From the NCBI GenBank assembly GCA_030141605.1, contig JAQGDQ010000615.1, positions 1 to 64,000 on the forward strand: a stretch of DNA of 64,000 nucleotides, read 5' to 3'. Below are positions 11,936-24,883 of the stretch, one piece after another; position 1 is the first letter of the stretch, and each line of letters begins with the position of its first letter. Under the pieces are notes generated by a model that saw nothing but the letters and a program-made list of their open reading frames with translations, was not told where the DNA came from and made no database searches. Both the position numbers and the translations under genes were made by a program. The stretch is from Tubiluchus corallicola (taxonomy: Eukaryota > Animalia > Priapulida).

Positions 11936-14631
11936 TAATAATAACCACATTGGAAATCAGCTTGAAATACTCGAATTAGCACCTCTTTAATATTGTTTAA
12001 GATATAAGAAGTTTATTTACACGCGGAAAGCTAAACTTTGTATCGACACAAAACATTGACATGAACGGCTGACATCTTCTAACCTAGGAAAATAATAAAT
12101 ACATATGTATATAGGCTATGTACTGTCACTTTTATTAAGTTTACTGAAAATTTTACCTATCGCACGTTGTTTTAATGTATAATTATTAAGTTTAACTATA
12201 ACTAATTACAATGTACGCCTGTTCTCTGCTTAACTGTGAATTATTTTGTGTCTTAATAGTTATTTTTAGAACTAGAGATCCAAGTATTGTGTTTAGTGAC
12301 ACGTCAATTCAAATTGAAAAAAATCTACAACTGTAACTAATAGAGGCTGCATGTAGAACTTGTTCCTTATTATTATTCAGTTGAAAAAGTTGAAAAACAT
12401 GTTCAGTTAAAAAGCCATGGGCGTCTATTCACAAGCTGTAGCCTGTTGTTATTTATCATAGCCATTACGGAAGTTGTTGTGGAGATCGCTGGCATCTATT
12501 AGCATTAAATAGAACATTGTAGAATGTTCGGTTAGAATAATTGTCTTACCGTGTAGAATGTTTTTGAACAAAACTTCTAGAAGCTTCTCGGACACGCTAT
12601 ATAAGGCGAAGCAGACCGCTGAGAGAGACTCACGCATATTCACACGGACGCCACTTACACATTCTCTTGTATACTTGCATTTTCAGATACACTATATAGG
12701 GTGCCAAGGAACATAGGTTTTACATGTCAACTGTAGACCTGCGTTAACTCAAATGTAGACTTAGGTAATTCAAATGTGTCTTGGTAACGCAAATGTAGAC
12801 TTAGGTAGTTCAAATGTGTTAACAATGGTTTTCAACAAATCTTAAGCATTTTTGGTAAGTAAAATGTAGACACATGTCAAGTCAAATGTGACATTGGTAT
12901 CTCAAATGTGGATAGGTGGTAAAGCTTAAGGATGTTAAATTTAATCTTCTTTAATTTTTAATAATTGCTCTTAAGTTAAAACAATGTTATAGGCCTAATA
13001 ATAGATGCACTATCTTTGGTTTATCTTTCTCTAATTTGCACTTAAATAACTTAATTACCGATTTATTCAAAGTAATGCATCTACATTTGACTTACCTAAG
13101 TCACATTTGAGTTACCAAAACACATTGGAAATTCCTATGTCTACATTTGACTTACCTAAGTCACATTTGAACTTTCCTGTGTCTACATTTGACGTGTAAA
13201 ACCTATAGACGTTTCTTTCTAGAACATTCTACGCGGTAAGACGATTATTCTAACGGAACATTCTACAATGTTCTATTTAATTCTAATAGATGCCAGCGAT
13301 CTCCTCAATAGAAGTGTAGTTATTTATGCTAAACGCAAAGTGTGATAACTATACATACTGATACCAATTAGTTTATATGATCTGAACCATTACTACACTA
13401 ACGGAAGTTGTTTGATGGAAGTTGATTCTTGGTTTTTACCACTTATTGTTTCTTTGAAGACGGAAACAATAAACAATTTAACAGCCCTGACGTAAGAACT
13501 CTACCAGCGTATGAATTAAATGTAAATTACACTTTGCAACGTCGACGGCCTCAGGTAAAGTTGGCACCGTGCCAGTTTCAGTTCGACTCTTCAAATCACG
13601 TGCATTCGGTTACGTTTGACATACCTGATAATTGATTAAGGAAACAAGCTCTCCGCCCGCATCCCAGGGTACCAATGTCGTTTATAAAATGACAGAATCA
13701 GTTGAGACAGAAAGGACATTAATAGAATAATAAATAACATGAAGAAATTGAGATCACATAAAAAGTATTAAACGAAACTTTCCCCCGGGCGTATGGTGCA
13801 AATGCTATAAGAATGTTGTTGACATCCTCTTAGCTAAACAACATACAATCAAAGAAAATTCGAATAATCATACGTCATAATTCGAATAATAAATAAATAA
13901 ACATAAATAAATTGTGCAATGACTTCAAGAATGTTATAAAACGAATGATTACGAATTGTATTAAAATGTTTAGACCTACTTGTTATGCGATATCTTAGAA
14001 ACCTAATTATTTGCTTGTCAAAAAAGTCAAATTCCACATTTACAGCTTTTTTAATTTTTAATTATTTCAAGTAGTAACAGTGAAAGTCAAAAGTATTTGC
14101 CTTCAAAAAAATGACCTATGCCGATAACAATGCGCATTTCTCTACTCTGAATTTTACATAAAAGTTATACTGAATTGTATTCATATTTAAAACTCAAATT
14201 GATGACTTCTGGTATGTTGTATATTGCTCTATTTACTTGTTTATAAATTGTGTTTTTATAGCCAATATCAATGTATGTACTACTTAGACATATTGAAATT
14301 CAAATCACACGTACAGTTAGTGACAAGGCCAGCATCTGTTGTTTTTCACATTTTTTCATAAGCTTTTATATCCATAATTGAATTTTTCATAAGATTATTA
14401 TCCCGTTTGGTTAACTTGCGTGTAAGAAACGTTTTAAAGTCATTTTTAATCAGATGTCTGAAGCAAACCTGAAACGGTTTTATTCACTGCAATAAAATTA
14501 TAAAAAGGCAGCGTTACATAAACATTGAAATTCTTGCTTGTTGTTCACTGAAAGAAAAATGATTTATGACTCGTGTTCGGTTTTTTGTTTTCAACTTGTA
14601 AGTCGTGATTTGGAGATCTTGGAATTATAGA

Positions 14632-14760
14632 GTCCAGCCACGTCTTTTTTACATTAATCTTGAGCGTGTTTTCTTGTTTATCTGTGGAGAAAGGTTAATG
14701 TGTTCTGATTGTATGTGTGCGAGAGGGAGAGAGAGAGAGCGGGGGAGAGAGAAAGAGAGC

Positions 14761-14817
<57 letters not shown>

Positions 14818-15046
14818 GGGGAGGGAGCGAGGGGGAGAGAGAGAAAGGGGGAGGGAGCGAGGGGGAGAGAGAGAGGAGGAGACAGAGAGAGAGCGGGGGA
14901 GAGAGAGAGAGGGGGAGCGAGAGGCGAGAGAGAGAGTCCAGCCACGTCTTTTTTACATTAATCTTGAGCGTGTTTTCTTGTTTATCTGTGGAGAAAGGTT
15001 AATGTGTTCTGATTGTATGTGTGCGAGAGGGAGAGAGGGAGAGCGG

Positions 15047-15086
<40 letters not shown>

Positions 15087-15375
15087 AGGGGAGGGAGCGA
15101 GGGAGAGAGAGAGGGGGGGGAGAGCGAGAGAGAGAGAAAGAGGGGGGAGGGAGCGAGGGGGAGAGAGAGAGGGAGGAGACAGAGAGAGAGAGAGAGAGCG
15201 GGGGAGAGAGAGAGAGGGGGAGCGAGAGAGCGAGAGAGAGACAGAATCCAGCCACGTCTTTTTTACATTAATCTTGAGCGTGTTTTCTTGTTTATCTGTG
15301 GAGAAAGGTTAATGTGTTCTGATTGTATGTGTGCGAGAGGGAGAGAGAGAGAGCGGGGGAGAGAGAGAGAGAGAA

Positions 15376-15417
<42 letters not shown>

Positions 15418-15708
15418 AGTAGAGGCAGGGAGGGAGAGAGAGAGAAAGAGAGAGAGGGGGGGGAAGAGAAGGGAGGAGAGAGAGAGGGAGAGAGAGAGAA
15501 GTAGGGGAGAGAGAGAGAGTAGAGGAGAGAGAGAGAGAAAGAGAGGGGGAAGAGAGGGGAGGAGAGAGGAGAGAGAAGTAGAGGGACGGAGAGAGAGAAA
15601 GAGAGAGAGAAGTAGGAGGGAGGGAGGAAGTAGGAGGAGGAAGAGAGGGAGAGAGAGAGAAAGAGAGAGAGAGAGGGGGGAGAGGGGAGGAGAGAGAGAG
15701 AGGGGGGA
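14632..15708. repeat. GA-rich minisatellite, three ~305-310-bp units plus a GA tract
   Basis: Core TCCAGCCACGTCTTTTTTACATTAATCTTGAGCG... at ~14633, ~14937 and ~15247, separated by (GA)n. Confidence 0.9.
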
Positions 15709-17459
15709 GTAATTTGATTTGGTTTTTACTTTATTTACTGTAAATTTAAAAAATTCCACAATTAGAAAACAAGGACAACAGAAAGAAAAAACACGATGTT
15801 TAAGAAAGGATATAAGCACGTAGAAGACAGATAAGAACTAACTAGCTTCTGGTTGCATCACACCTGTGACTGTAGATAGTGATTTTATACCTAGTTGTGT
15901 GTATCTCCCCGTCAGTTGTTTTTTATTTATTATGCTTCTGTGCTTGTACGTTGATAATAATTATAAATAAAAAACTCCCAAAAGAATTAGTATTAATAAT
16001 TCCATGTGATTTTTTTGTCTTTTTCTTTCACCTGAAGATAAACTACAACGGTATTCCTGTATTTCTTCTATTTTCTGTATTACAAAACATTCCTTGCTCA
16101 TGTTTTCCTTATTAATTGGGATTTTGAATTCATTGTCTCTATTCTTGTCATTAATAGTTAATTGGTATTTTTATAAACTGCTTTACTGCGTCGTAATTGA
16201 AGAGCTTAACTTAGACATTCGTGCTACGGTATTAACTCCCTCTCACCCTCCCCTCCCCCGGTTCAGACCTAGGTCCGGTTGAACTTAGCGCTACAGAGGT
16301 GAGTTCACAACATCCAAAAGACTCTCTTCTTTCTAGAGCAAATAAAAATACTGGTTGCTGTTTTACTTGTATGCAAGCAAGCACGCTTAGAGGACCTTCT
16401 ACAATAGCAGTAATGAACAACCTTGCTTTAGTTTTGTTTAAATTCACTCTAACATACCATTCCTGCATTTTGATTAGTTCTTCAATGAGAAACAAACAGC
16501 CACTATACAGTTCTACTAATTCAAAAAATAGGACAGATCGACGCTTTCAGAACCTTCGTTAAATTCTATTTTTCCACTGAACGAAAGACGGATTTGTTCT
16601 GTACGAAGTAAACACGTTGACCTAAACACGTCCAGTTAAAATGAAAAAGGACAATAACCTTTTTTCGGCGAATGTAAAATATAAAATCTCGTTCTTAATA
16701 AACGTACTTTTATGGCCGCCATGTTTATCACATTTGTGGCGATTAAATTAAATTTTTGGCGGCTTCTCTTTGCACAAAAGCTATAAAATTTATCAAAACA
16801 TAAATGTTTTCTTGTTTTAAACATGTAACATATATTATATACATTATGTAATTGAATTTATATTCGCGCATTTCGAAGAACGGTCGGCATTCTTGATAAA
16901 ATAAATTTTGACAATAATTAGGCCTATAGTAGGTGATATAGGATGTAGTAGGACATTTGCAAATGTAGGCCTATTTGTGTAAATAAATTTTTGCAATAAT
17001 TATTCCTATAATAGGAGATATAGGATGTAGTAGGACATTTGCAAATGTAGGCCTATTTGTGTATTTTCACAAAAAACGCTACTATTTCGTGCAGGTGAAG
17101 TACATCGTTATTCATATTAAGGAAAGGGATATAAAATCTATCAAGCAAGTTTAGTTGAATGAAACTAGTTTAGTTTGGTTTGGTTTCCTGCCTGCATACA
17201 TCACATGTTCAAAATGTTAGTAAATAACGTTTTGTTGTTGTTGTTTGTTGTTATTGTTTAGAAGTCTGTTAAAAATTCTTTGCTTAAATTTGACAGGCTT
17301 TTTTCACGTGTAGCATGTTACCTGCTTTTTCTCGTTTAAGCATTATATCGCTGTAAGTGCGCGCGTTTTGTTTCATCAGGACTGCCTACGAGAAAATGTT
17401 TTTCACAGTCGGTATAGTTCCAAGTTTACGTGTATTTCCGAAAGACTATTTCTTAAGTT

Positions 17460-18092
17460 TTTTGCAATTCCTGTCAAATTGACATCTAAGAGACATAATA
17501 CAAGATTTAATCAATACATTGCGCATTTCTGTAGAACCAAAATAGCTAAACATTTTATAATATATCAAGGACCAAAAGTCTGGAATAAGATTTGTCAATC
17601 CGCAAAAAATAGCAGATCTATTACTAGATTTTAAAAAATGCTAAAAAATCAAATTTTAAGTAAGTATCAGTGAGTAATCAAAATTTCTATCAGTATTCAT
17701 CCTCACAGTAGTTGAAAAACAGTGGTGTTAGCTTAATCAAGTTATTTTAATTTTACATACTATCAAAAAATAATAGTCTTTTATATAATCCCATATATGA
17801 GCTTCATTCATTACATCATTCCATTTTAAGCACTAATGTTTTTTATCACGATTCACTTTAAAATTTCAGTTTATTTCCATTACTTTTTTTCTATCACTGT
17901 GTGGGACAATCTAGCAAGCCCTGCTTTTTGATTGCCCGCAACACATTTACCTTCGTGTATAAGTGAACAGTGTTTGAGGCTTTTCCTGTGCAGTATTTCT
18001 TATTTGTATTATATCCATTGTAGGCCCTTTCACTATATATTGTATATGTAACCATTGTAAATGTGTAAGGTGAAATAAATGACTTATGACTA
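17460..18092 (+). mobile_element. 5'-truncated LINE (CR1/L2-group) ORF2 C-terminus and 3' UTR
   Basis: Peptide RHNTR...CRTKIAKHFIIYQGPKVWNKI...SITRF*KMLK fits the typical YxGPKxWN ORF2 end. AATAAA plus a short GACTT-like tail at ~18075-18092. Confidence 0.65.
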
Positions 18093-19192
18093 AGCGCCCG
18101 GCGTGTCACAACCCAAAATACACAATGACAAAATTCAAAGCGCAACGTAATGAACGAATGTAAAGTTACCGTTTAACTACATGTGTTTAGTGCTTAATGG
18201 CGCCACCAGTTCTTGGTAGATTGCTTTGTTATCAAAATACAAGCTCTGATTCTCATGTGTTTGGCTTGTTTATGACGCGAGAATTCTGATGTACGTGCTC
18301 ACAAATTGTTTTTGTCGATTTTTGTTTTATTTTCTATAGTTATAGTGAGCGTTAAGGTTACCATTTTTAAACCAAAAGAATGTGTAGCTTATATACATAA
18401 TAGCATGTCTTTTAGATAAAAAATTTCCATGATTCCGTCTCAACTGAGCATGGCAGAAGGAGTTTAAGTGTGTTAGTTACTGTGAACAGTGAGTGAGATA
18501 ATAAATAACGGAAGCTGTTTAACTTTTCATATGATACGAGCGCTAGATATATTTCTACTAGGCTTAATATTATTTATTTTGATGTTATTCACAGAAAATG
18601 TGCATACAGTTTATGCGTCAGGCTGAATAACAGTGAAAATTTTATATGCAAGAACATTTTAAACAGTGATGCAAACTTTACTTCTGTAATTAGACGTCAT
18701 TGGCGTAGTTTGTTATATCGTTAATTGTTATTTGTGTTATTGTTGTGTTTCATGATTTATTGTATTATTTGTATTAATTTGTGATGTGTATATGAACTTT
18801 GTGAAGTTTGAAACAAAATATTAAATCTAAATCTAAATCTAAATAAATTACTCTAGCCGTCAAAATAAGATAATGGCAAAGACGTAATTTTTTGCAAAAA
18901 ACAATATTTTACTATTTTATCCATAAAGAAATTTATAATATTCAGTATTTACAAGGCTATTTACAACTTTCTGAACTTTTCATTACATCTATGAAAAGCA
19001 GCTGTGAAGTAGAACCCTTCCTTTCACTTGTACAACATTTTTCCATACCATAAATATACAAAATATACAACGGTGAATCAAAACTTTTCTATGTACACAT
19101 TGTGTATACTAAGTTATATGAGTTTGTAAGAACACTATATACTACACAAAATATATTTAAGCATACCATACAGCAACTATAAACCTTAAAAG

Positions 19193-19227
<35 letters not shown>

Positions 19228-19345
19228 AAATCGTTTTTAGCAATTATCTTTTTTTTCAATAAAATTTAGAATATCGAATGTAGGAATTCTTAAAAAACTC
19301 ATTGCGTTCTATAGAACACAAAAATCCTATTTACAAGAAGACCAG

Positions 19346-21595
19346 TTACAACATTTCGCTAATAACAACCGAGTACAGTGTAGATTCTGTACAATGTATG
19401 ACAGCATCGTGAATGCTCATGAACACGTGATCCTTCAACACTTTGTCGAAGAAGTCCATGCGATTGAGAGTGCGAATGAGATTGAAGTGACAGTTGGCAA
19501 AGTAGACATCGATACCAACGTCCCTGTACTCATGATAGATGCTAAGCAACATGTCCTTGCCGGCTAAATCTATGAGAGAAAGAAGGGAACAGTCAATGAT
19601 GAGAGCGGAGACCGTTGTAGGAGGGATGGAAGCCATAGACGCCATGGAGATCCTCCTGTCGACAATGCTCTCCGGATTGTTGTTGACGCCTGCCGGCTCC
19701 TCTTCCATTTCAAAGGCAATGTTTGCATTGGCGTGAGGAACGGAGATGACAGCAACATCTGGCTGACTCTTTCTATGTTCTGAATTCTTTTGTTTCTCTT
19801 CTTCCTTAGCCTGCTTCTTTGCTCGTTTCACAGCTTTTTCGTGATGTTCTTTTACAGCAACTGGATCAATACCTGTGAGACGAATGAGCTTCTTGTGAAA
19901 GAAACTGGCATTGATGTAGTTGATGTCCGACTCATAACGGAATATCTTGATGCCCGGAATTTCGTGAGCTTCTTTGAAGTGAGAGATGTCTTGGTATATG
20001 TCGGTGTCCGGAATCCCCCCAAAGACAACTCCGCGAGCAAACTGCGTCCTGACGATGACCGTGAGCAGAGAAAATACAATGCCAAGTATCAGTCCATAAT
20101 GTACTTCTAGAATGACCACACCCAAGTATGTGACAACCCAGACTGCAAAATCCACTTTGCTTTCTCGCCATAGTCGTGGAAGACACTTGTAGTTGGAAAA
20201 CGTCTCACGTAAGGCGACGACAATCACGGCTGCAAGAATTGCTTTTGGCAGCGTTTCCAGATACTGTCCAAAATACAAAAGTACAGAAAGAATGAACATA
20301 GAGCAAATGGCACTTGCCAGTTGAGTCTTACCGCCAAGAGATTCTTGCAGAAGACTTCGTGAAAAAGAAGCTGCCGGCGTAATGCCTTGGAAAACAGAGC
20401 AAACGATAGAATCAACTCCCAATGCCATGAATTCTTGATTGGAATCAATTTTATAGTGATGTTTCTTAGCCAGATGACTTGCCACTGATACGGTGAAGGC
20501 AAAGGCAGTAACAGCTATAATGAATCCATCCATGATCAGATCTTTGACCACAAAAAATGGTGGAAGTTCTGGTTTGTTGATGCCTACTGGTATGTGGTTG
20601 ACGATTTTAACGTCCCACCTCTCTTCAAAGTTCAGTCTCCACGATAGAGCAGTAACAATGACGACGATGATAAAGTCAATAGGAATTGGTATTCTTAGCT
20701 TAAATCTCTTGTTGATGAACACTTTGACTACCAGGAGAATGACAATGCCCGACGCAGCAATTATAAGTTCTGGTACCTTTGTATAACCCGTACATATCCC
20801 TTCAGCTATAGCGTACCATGTTCTCAGAAGTTTGAGCACTCCAGTAAAATGAGGTATCTTCAGACCAAAGATGTATTTGAACTGTGACGTCATGATGTAC
20901 AAGGCAGCTCCAGTAACAAACCCGTCGGTGAGTGATTCTGAGAGGTAGAGAGTGATGCATCCCAGCTTGCAAATGCCAAAGGCCAGCTGAAAGAAACCCG
21001 CTACTAGGGCGACACCCATAGTGACAAGAATCCTGTAATCTGCAGGAATCAGCAGATCACTCTCTATATGAAGATAGTCGCTTACGTTGCCTGGCAATTC
21101 TGTTTTAATGTGCGAAACTACATCAGGATCCTGGATGAACACCCTACTCCACTTGTGCACAGCAGTACCGGTCATCCAGGAGATGACTGCAGCTGGAGCG
21201 ACGCTGACGTGTCTGGACGTCCCCATCAAGAAATAAACGATCAGAGAAAAGAAACTCGAGTACAGTCCACAAATCGGCGGTAGATGGGCAATTTGCGCAT
21301 AACCCATACTCTGAGGAACCATCATGATGGCTACAGTTAAGCCTGTGATTATGTCTGCGGGAAGATCATTCCTCCACTTGTAATGTCTCATCCATTTAAA
21401 CACAGGAAACAATGACTGTAGACTCTTCCATGCATGCTCCTTGGTAACTTTCTTAGCCACAGAGCTTTTGACCTTTTCAGCTCCGTGAGCCAAACGCTGG
21501 CGTAAGGTTTTCGTTTCTTCATCTTTCTTCTCCAAGAACTGGCTGTCAAATTCCGGCCGCGTGTACACCGGCCTTTCCACTGAAAACTGCCGCAT
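19346..21595 (-). CDS. SLC26 (SulP) anion transporter, prestin/SLC26A5-A6-like, single coding exon, 749 aa
   Basis: Motifs DIITGLTVAIMMVPQSMGYA, GLYSSFF, GTSRHVS, NQEFMALG, SFSRSLLQESLGGKTQ; C-terminal STAS domain (IIDCS...IDLAG, FMSIHDAV). First ATG is at 21595; the ORF-track start at 21691 is GTG. Confidence 0.95.
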   Translation of the reverse strand: MRQFSVERPVYTRPEFDSQFLEKKDEETKTLRQRLAHGAEKVKSSVAKKVTKEHAWKSLQSLFPVFKWMRHYKWRNDLPADIITGLTVAIMMVPQSMGYAQIAHLPPICGLYSSFFSLIVYFLMGTSRHVSVAPAAVISWMTGTAVHKWSRVFIQDPDVVSHIKTELPGNVSDYLHIESDLLIPADYRILVTMGVALVAGFFQLAFGICKLGCITLYLSESLTDGFVTGAALYIMTSQFKYIFGLKIPHFTGVLKLLRTWYAIAEGICTGYTKVPELIIAASGIVILLVVKVFINKRFKLRIPIPIDFIIVVIVTALSWRLNFEERWDVKIVNHIPVGINKPELPPFFVVKDLIMDGFIIAVTAFAFTVSVASHLAKKHHYKIDSNQEFMALGVDSIVCSVFQGITPAASFSRSLLQESLGGKTQLASAICSMFILSVLLYFGQYLETLPKAILAAVIVVALRETFSNYKCLPRLWRESKVDFAVWVVTYLGVVILEVHYGLILGIVFSLLTVIVRTQFARGVVFGGIPDTDIYQDISHFKEAHEIPGIKIFRYESDINYINASFFHKKLIRLTGIDPVAVKEHHEKAVKRAKKQAKEEEKQKNSEHRKSQPDVAVISVPHANANIAFEMEEEPAGVNNNPESIVDRRISMASMASIPPTTVSALIIDCSLLSLIDLAGKDMLLSIYHEYRDVGIDVYFANCHFNLIRTLNRMDFFDKVLKDHVFMSIHDAVIHCTESTLYSVVISEML

Positions 21596-21669
21596 GACTA
21601 TCTCCCCTCCGATGCACCAAATCGTCTCTATGCTTATTGGTTGGAAGAATACTGCTTTAGAAAATGAAA

Positions 21670-21702
21670 TAAGTGAATTCCAGCCACACACGTGCTTATA
21701 AG
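21670..21702 (-). promoter_or_regulatory. Candidate TATA box plus initiator for the first SLC26 gene
   Basis: Minus-strand TTATAAG (21701-21695), then TCACTT (Inr-like) ~26 nt downstream, ~80 nt before the ATG. Confidence 0.35.
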
Positions 21703-22189
21703 AGAGTCGTTCCGCCAGACCAGTTTCCGTATTGGCAGCCCACGTCCTTGAGTTGATGTGCTTTAGACGTCATCAGCACCCGCAGGCCATATGAACCTTT
21801 AACTCAATTTGTAATAAACAATCAGCTACCTGAGTAAGACAGGTGTATTAATTGCGCTGAAGATAAACTTACTGTCACCTGGGCTGCGACCTTTTTAATT
21901 TCTGTGGCCTCTTGCATAGAAAGGGACAGAGTTTTTTTTTGTATTCTAGACCCGAGAAGTGTAGTCATTAGGGGAGCTGTCCAGGGTCGCGGGGGGCAAG
22001 CGGATGTTTTTTTCGCAGAACCAGAGTGTGTCCACTTCTTGGCTCGATGACGTCTGCACGTGAGAAAGCGTAAACATGTTTTTACTGCTGCAGTTTTGAA
22101 CTCATTTCTGTTTCTGGTTTTCGCTACATTTACGCACTATGGTTAAACATTAGCCTTCTCGTTTTTTTTACATCAGAAACTGAATTTAG

Positions 22190-22645
22190 ATCTACCTTAA
22201 CCCAGATTTAAATAACAAAAGCATATTCATAGCGCAGGTTAAGTGATTCAGATCTGTGTGTTTGCGGTTTGGGCAGTCAAACCCCAGAACATTTAATTTT
22301 TCATTGTCCGTTACCATTTGTTAGAAAAGATATAAGAGTAAATCTCGAACGCAGCTCAGAAAATAATGACATTCGAAACATTTACAAAAAGAGAGACACT
22401 AATGTAACCAAAATGTATATAGATATTGTAAAAGAACTAACCCAAAATGATCTTATAGTAAATTGATTATACATTGATTATAAATATTGGATATATATTT
22501 AGAATAAGTAAATCGTAATGCAAAATTGTCAGCTTGTTTAGTAAGTAATTCATTTAATGTACATAGTGTATAGACTTATTTAACATTTTTGTACTTTTGT
22601 GCCCTGCAAATAGAGGGCTTCTTGTATAATTTTCAATAAAGATTT

Positions 22646-22690
<45 letters not shown>
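22190..22690 (+). mobile_element. 5'-truncated LINE (I/R1-group-like) 3' end with (TAA)n tail
   Basis: Peptide SDSDLCVCGLGSQTPEHLIFHCP is a CCHC knuckle typical of LINE ORF2 ends. AATAAA at ~22635 and (TAA)n at 22648-22690. Confidence 0.7.
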
Positions 22691-22691
<1 letters not shown>

Positions 22692-24561
22692 GTGTTGATA
22701 CGGCTTTCTATTGTGTATTAGCTGTTAATAGCAATAAAATTGTACAATTAAATTACACCAATGTAATGACCTTACCATTCACAGTTCACAATGCGGGTTA
22801 TTAACTCTGGGAAACTCTGGAGGGCAAGCTGGAAGGCGCGGTGTTTCCAGTGTCAAATAAAATAAATCAAACATGTTACAAAAAGGCATAAATAAATAAG
22901 TTTTATATGAATAATAAATAATTATATGAAAAAGAAACAATTTTGCATCATCAAGTTTTTATTGTTTTACGTTGTTTCTAGGAGGAATCAAGATTGGATG
23001 ATTTGGTTTTTTTCTTTTTCTGATATGGTTCATATAAAAGATATTTACTTATGCCTTCAGATTGGCTTCTGTCTACTGCATTTTTTTATAATATTTAAGT
23101 TATTTTAAATATTTTTTATTAATAAATAAATTATAATTTACGAATATTAAATAGTAAATTATTTTTGTAAGAAATAATATCAACGGGTAAAAATAAACCA
23201 CTGATATTGCTATAGTAATTAATTAAAAATACATATATAATGAAAAATCAAGAATTCCATGTTTATTCCATTACTGCAGAAAAACACTTTCGTAGAAAAA
23301 CACCTTCATATAGGGTTTTCTGTAAAAGTTTTTTTCTTGAAGAAAACCGCATAGAAGGGGTTTTTCGATAAACCCTTTAAGCGTTTTCATTGGGGACACT
23401 AGGAAAACCCTTTAAACCCTTTAAAAATCCTTTCTTTTTAACATTGTACGACATGTCAGTGAGAAAGATGATTAAAATTCTATACAACGAAATAAATTGT
23501 GAAAAAAAAACGATTAAAATTACTGTAATTCTTTACGTCTGGCATAAACAGAAGTCTTGCACGCTATAAATACGTTAAGATCAACACATTTGCAAAGAAT
23601 AGCCTATTTTCGTCGGTCCAACGAATACAAAAAATATTACAAATATTACGAAATAAATATTACAACCTGAAAGTAACTGTTTGTGTAACCAATTTGAAAA
23701 TGTAACAGGTCACTGCATGGGGAGCTCTTGAAGAAAATGCACACTGAGGATGAGGAAATAAATTTGGGAAACTGCGTTTTCCAACTATGATTTGAACCCT
23801 GGTCTTGCTAGGCTCTTACAACTGCGCCACCTAGTATTGATGGAAGGCTACATCTGTGTTAATTTTATCAGAATTAACAAATTAATGACACGTTCCGCAA
23901 AGCTTTTTCTTAGTCTTGCTTATGACCTAGAAAGCAATCGCGAGAAAGATTTTGTTTATTTCTCACTTCCGGTTTTACGTTACAGATTAGCGTAACCTAA
24001 TTGTTTGCGCGATTTGTTATTTAAACTGAAAAACGGCACAAAAACAACGAACAATAAACTTCAGTTTCTCTGCCACAAACAAACATTAAACTTCTGTTAC
24101 TCTGCCACAAACAAACAATAAACTTCTGTTACTCTGCCATAAAGTAAATCCGTTTAGACAACTTGCTTCGAGGCGAAATAAACTTGAGAAGTTTTACATT
24201 AAACGAGCTGCCATCTGCATTAAATCTGATATGTTAAACCTGATATGAATTTTCACGAAACAGGCCTTAACAGTTCTAAATCAAATTGTTTACTTTTGCG
24301 CAGAATAATCTTTGCACACAAATCAATAAACAAGTTTTACAGACGTAATGTACCTCACTTTTTCATAGGCCTAGTTGAAGTTCTTAAGTTATGTTGAAAT
24401 AAGATTTCTGTTTGTCTGAAACAAGTCTTCTCTTGGAGCTACAAGTGACTAGGGAGGAGGGGGTACGTATATGGAAGCCACGCCCATTAAATATAAAACC
24501 TTACTCAACGCACGGGTTCACACTACATGGAAAATCTTCCATTTTTTAAGCTGATCTCTAA

Positions 24562-24598
<37 letters not shown>

Positions 24599-24663
24599 GA
24601 GATATAATAATCTCTAATATATATAATACATCTATATATAATATATCTATCTATATATACTTA

Positions 24664-24699
<36 letters not shown>

Positions 24700-24883
24700 C
24701 ATATATCATTGATTTTTTATGGCAAAAAAAGATTATTATATATATATTATATATATATTAAATCATAGATTAGACCGTACGTAATCAATCACTTGTGTAT
24801 ATATACACGAATGTAGTTTAAATAAATAATTACTGACGCACGGAACAATTTGGACACAATTTAAAAAATTGCAACTACATATA

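Larger units (their letters stand above)
9885..17063 (-). repeat. Right arm of giant inverted repeat
   Basis: Reverse complement of 475-7461. Homology ends inside an 82-bp satellite unit at ...GGCCTATTTGTGTA (17063). Confidence 0.95.

Noticed and set aside
14632-15340. ~80-bp repeats separated by variable sequence, resembling a repeat-spacer array
   Set aside because: The 'spacers' are homologous GA microsatellite variants of one ~305-bp minisatellite unit.
21596-21691. 32-aa N-terminal extension of the first SLC26
   Set aside because: It starts at GTG and overlaps the candidate TATA/Inr region; the paralog aligns from the ATG at 21595 (MRQFSVER vs MERYVIDR).
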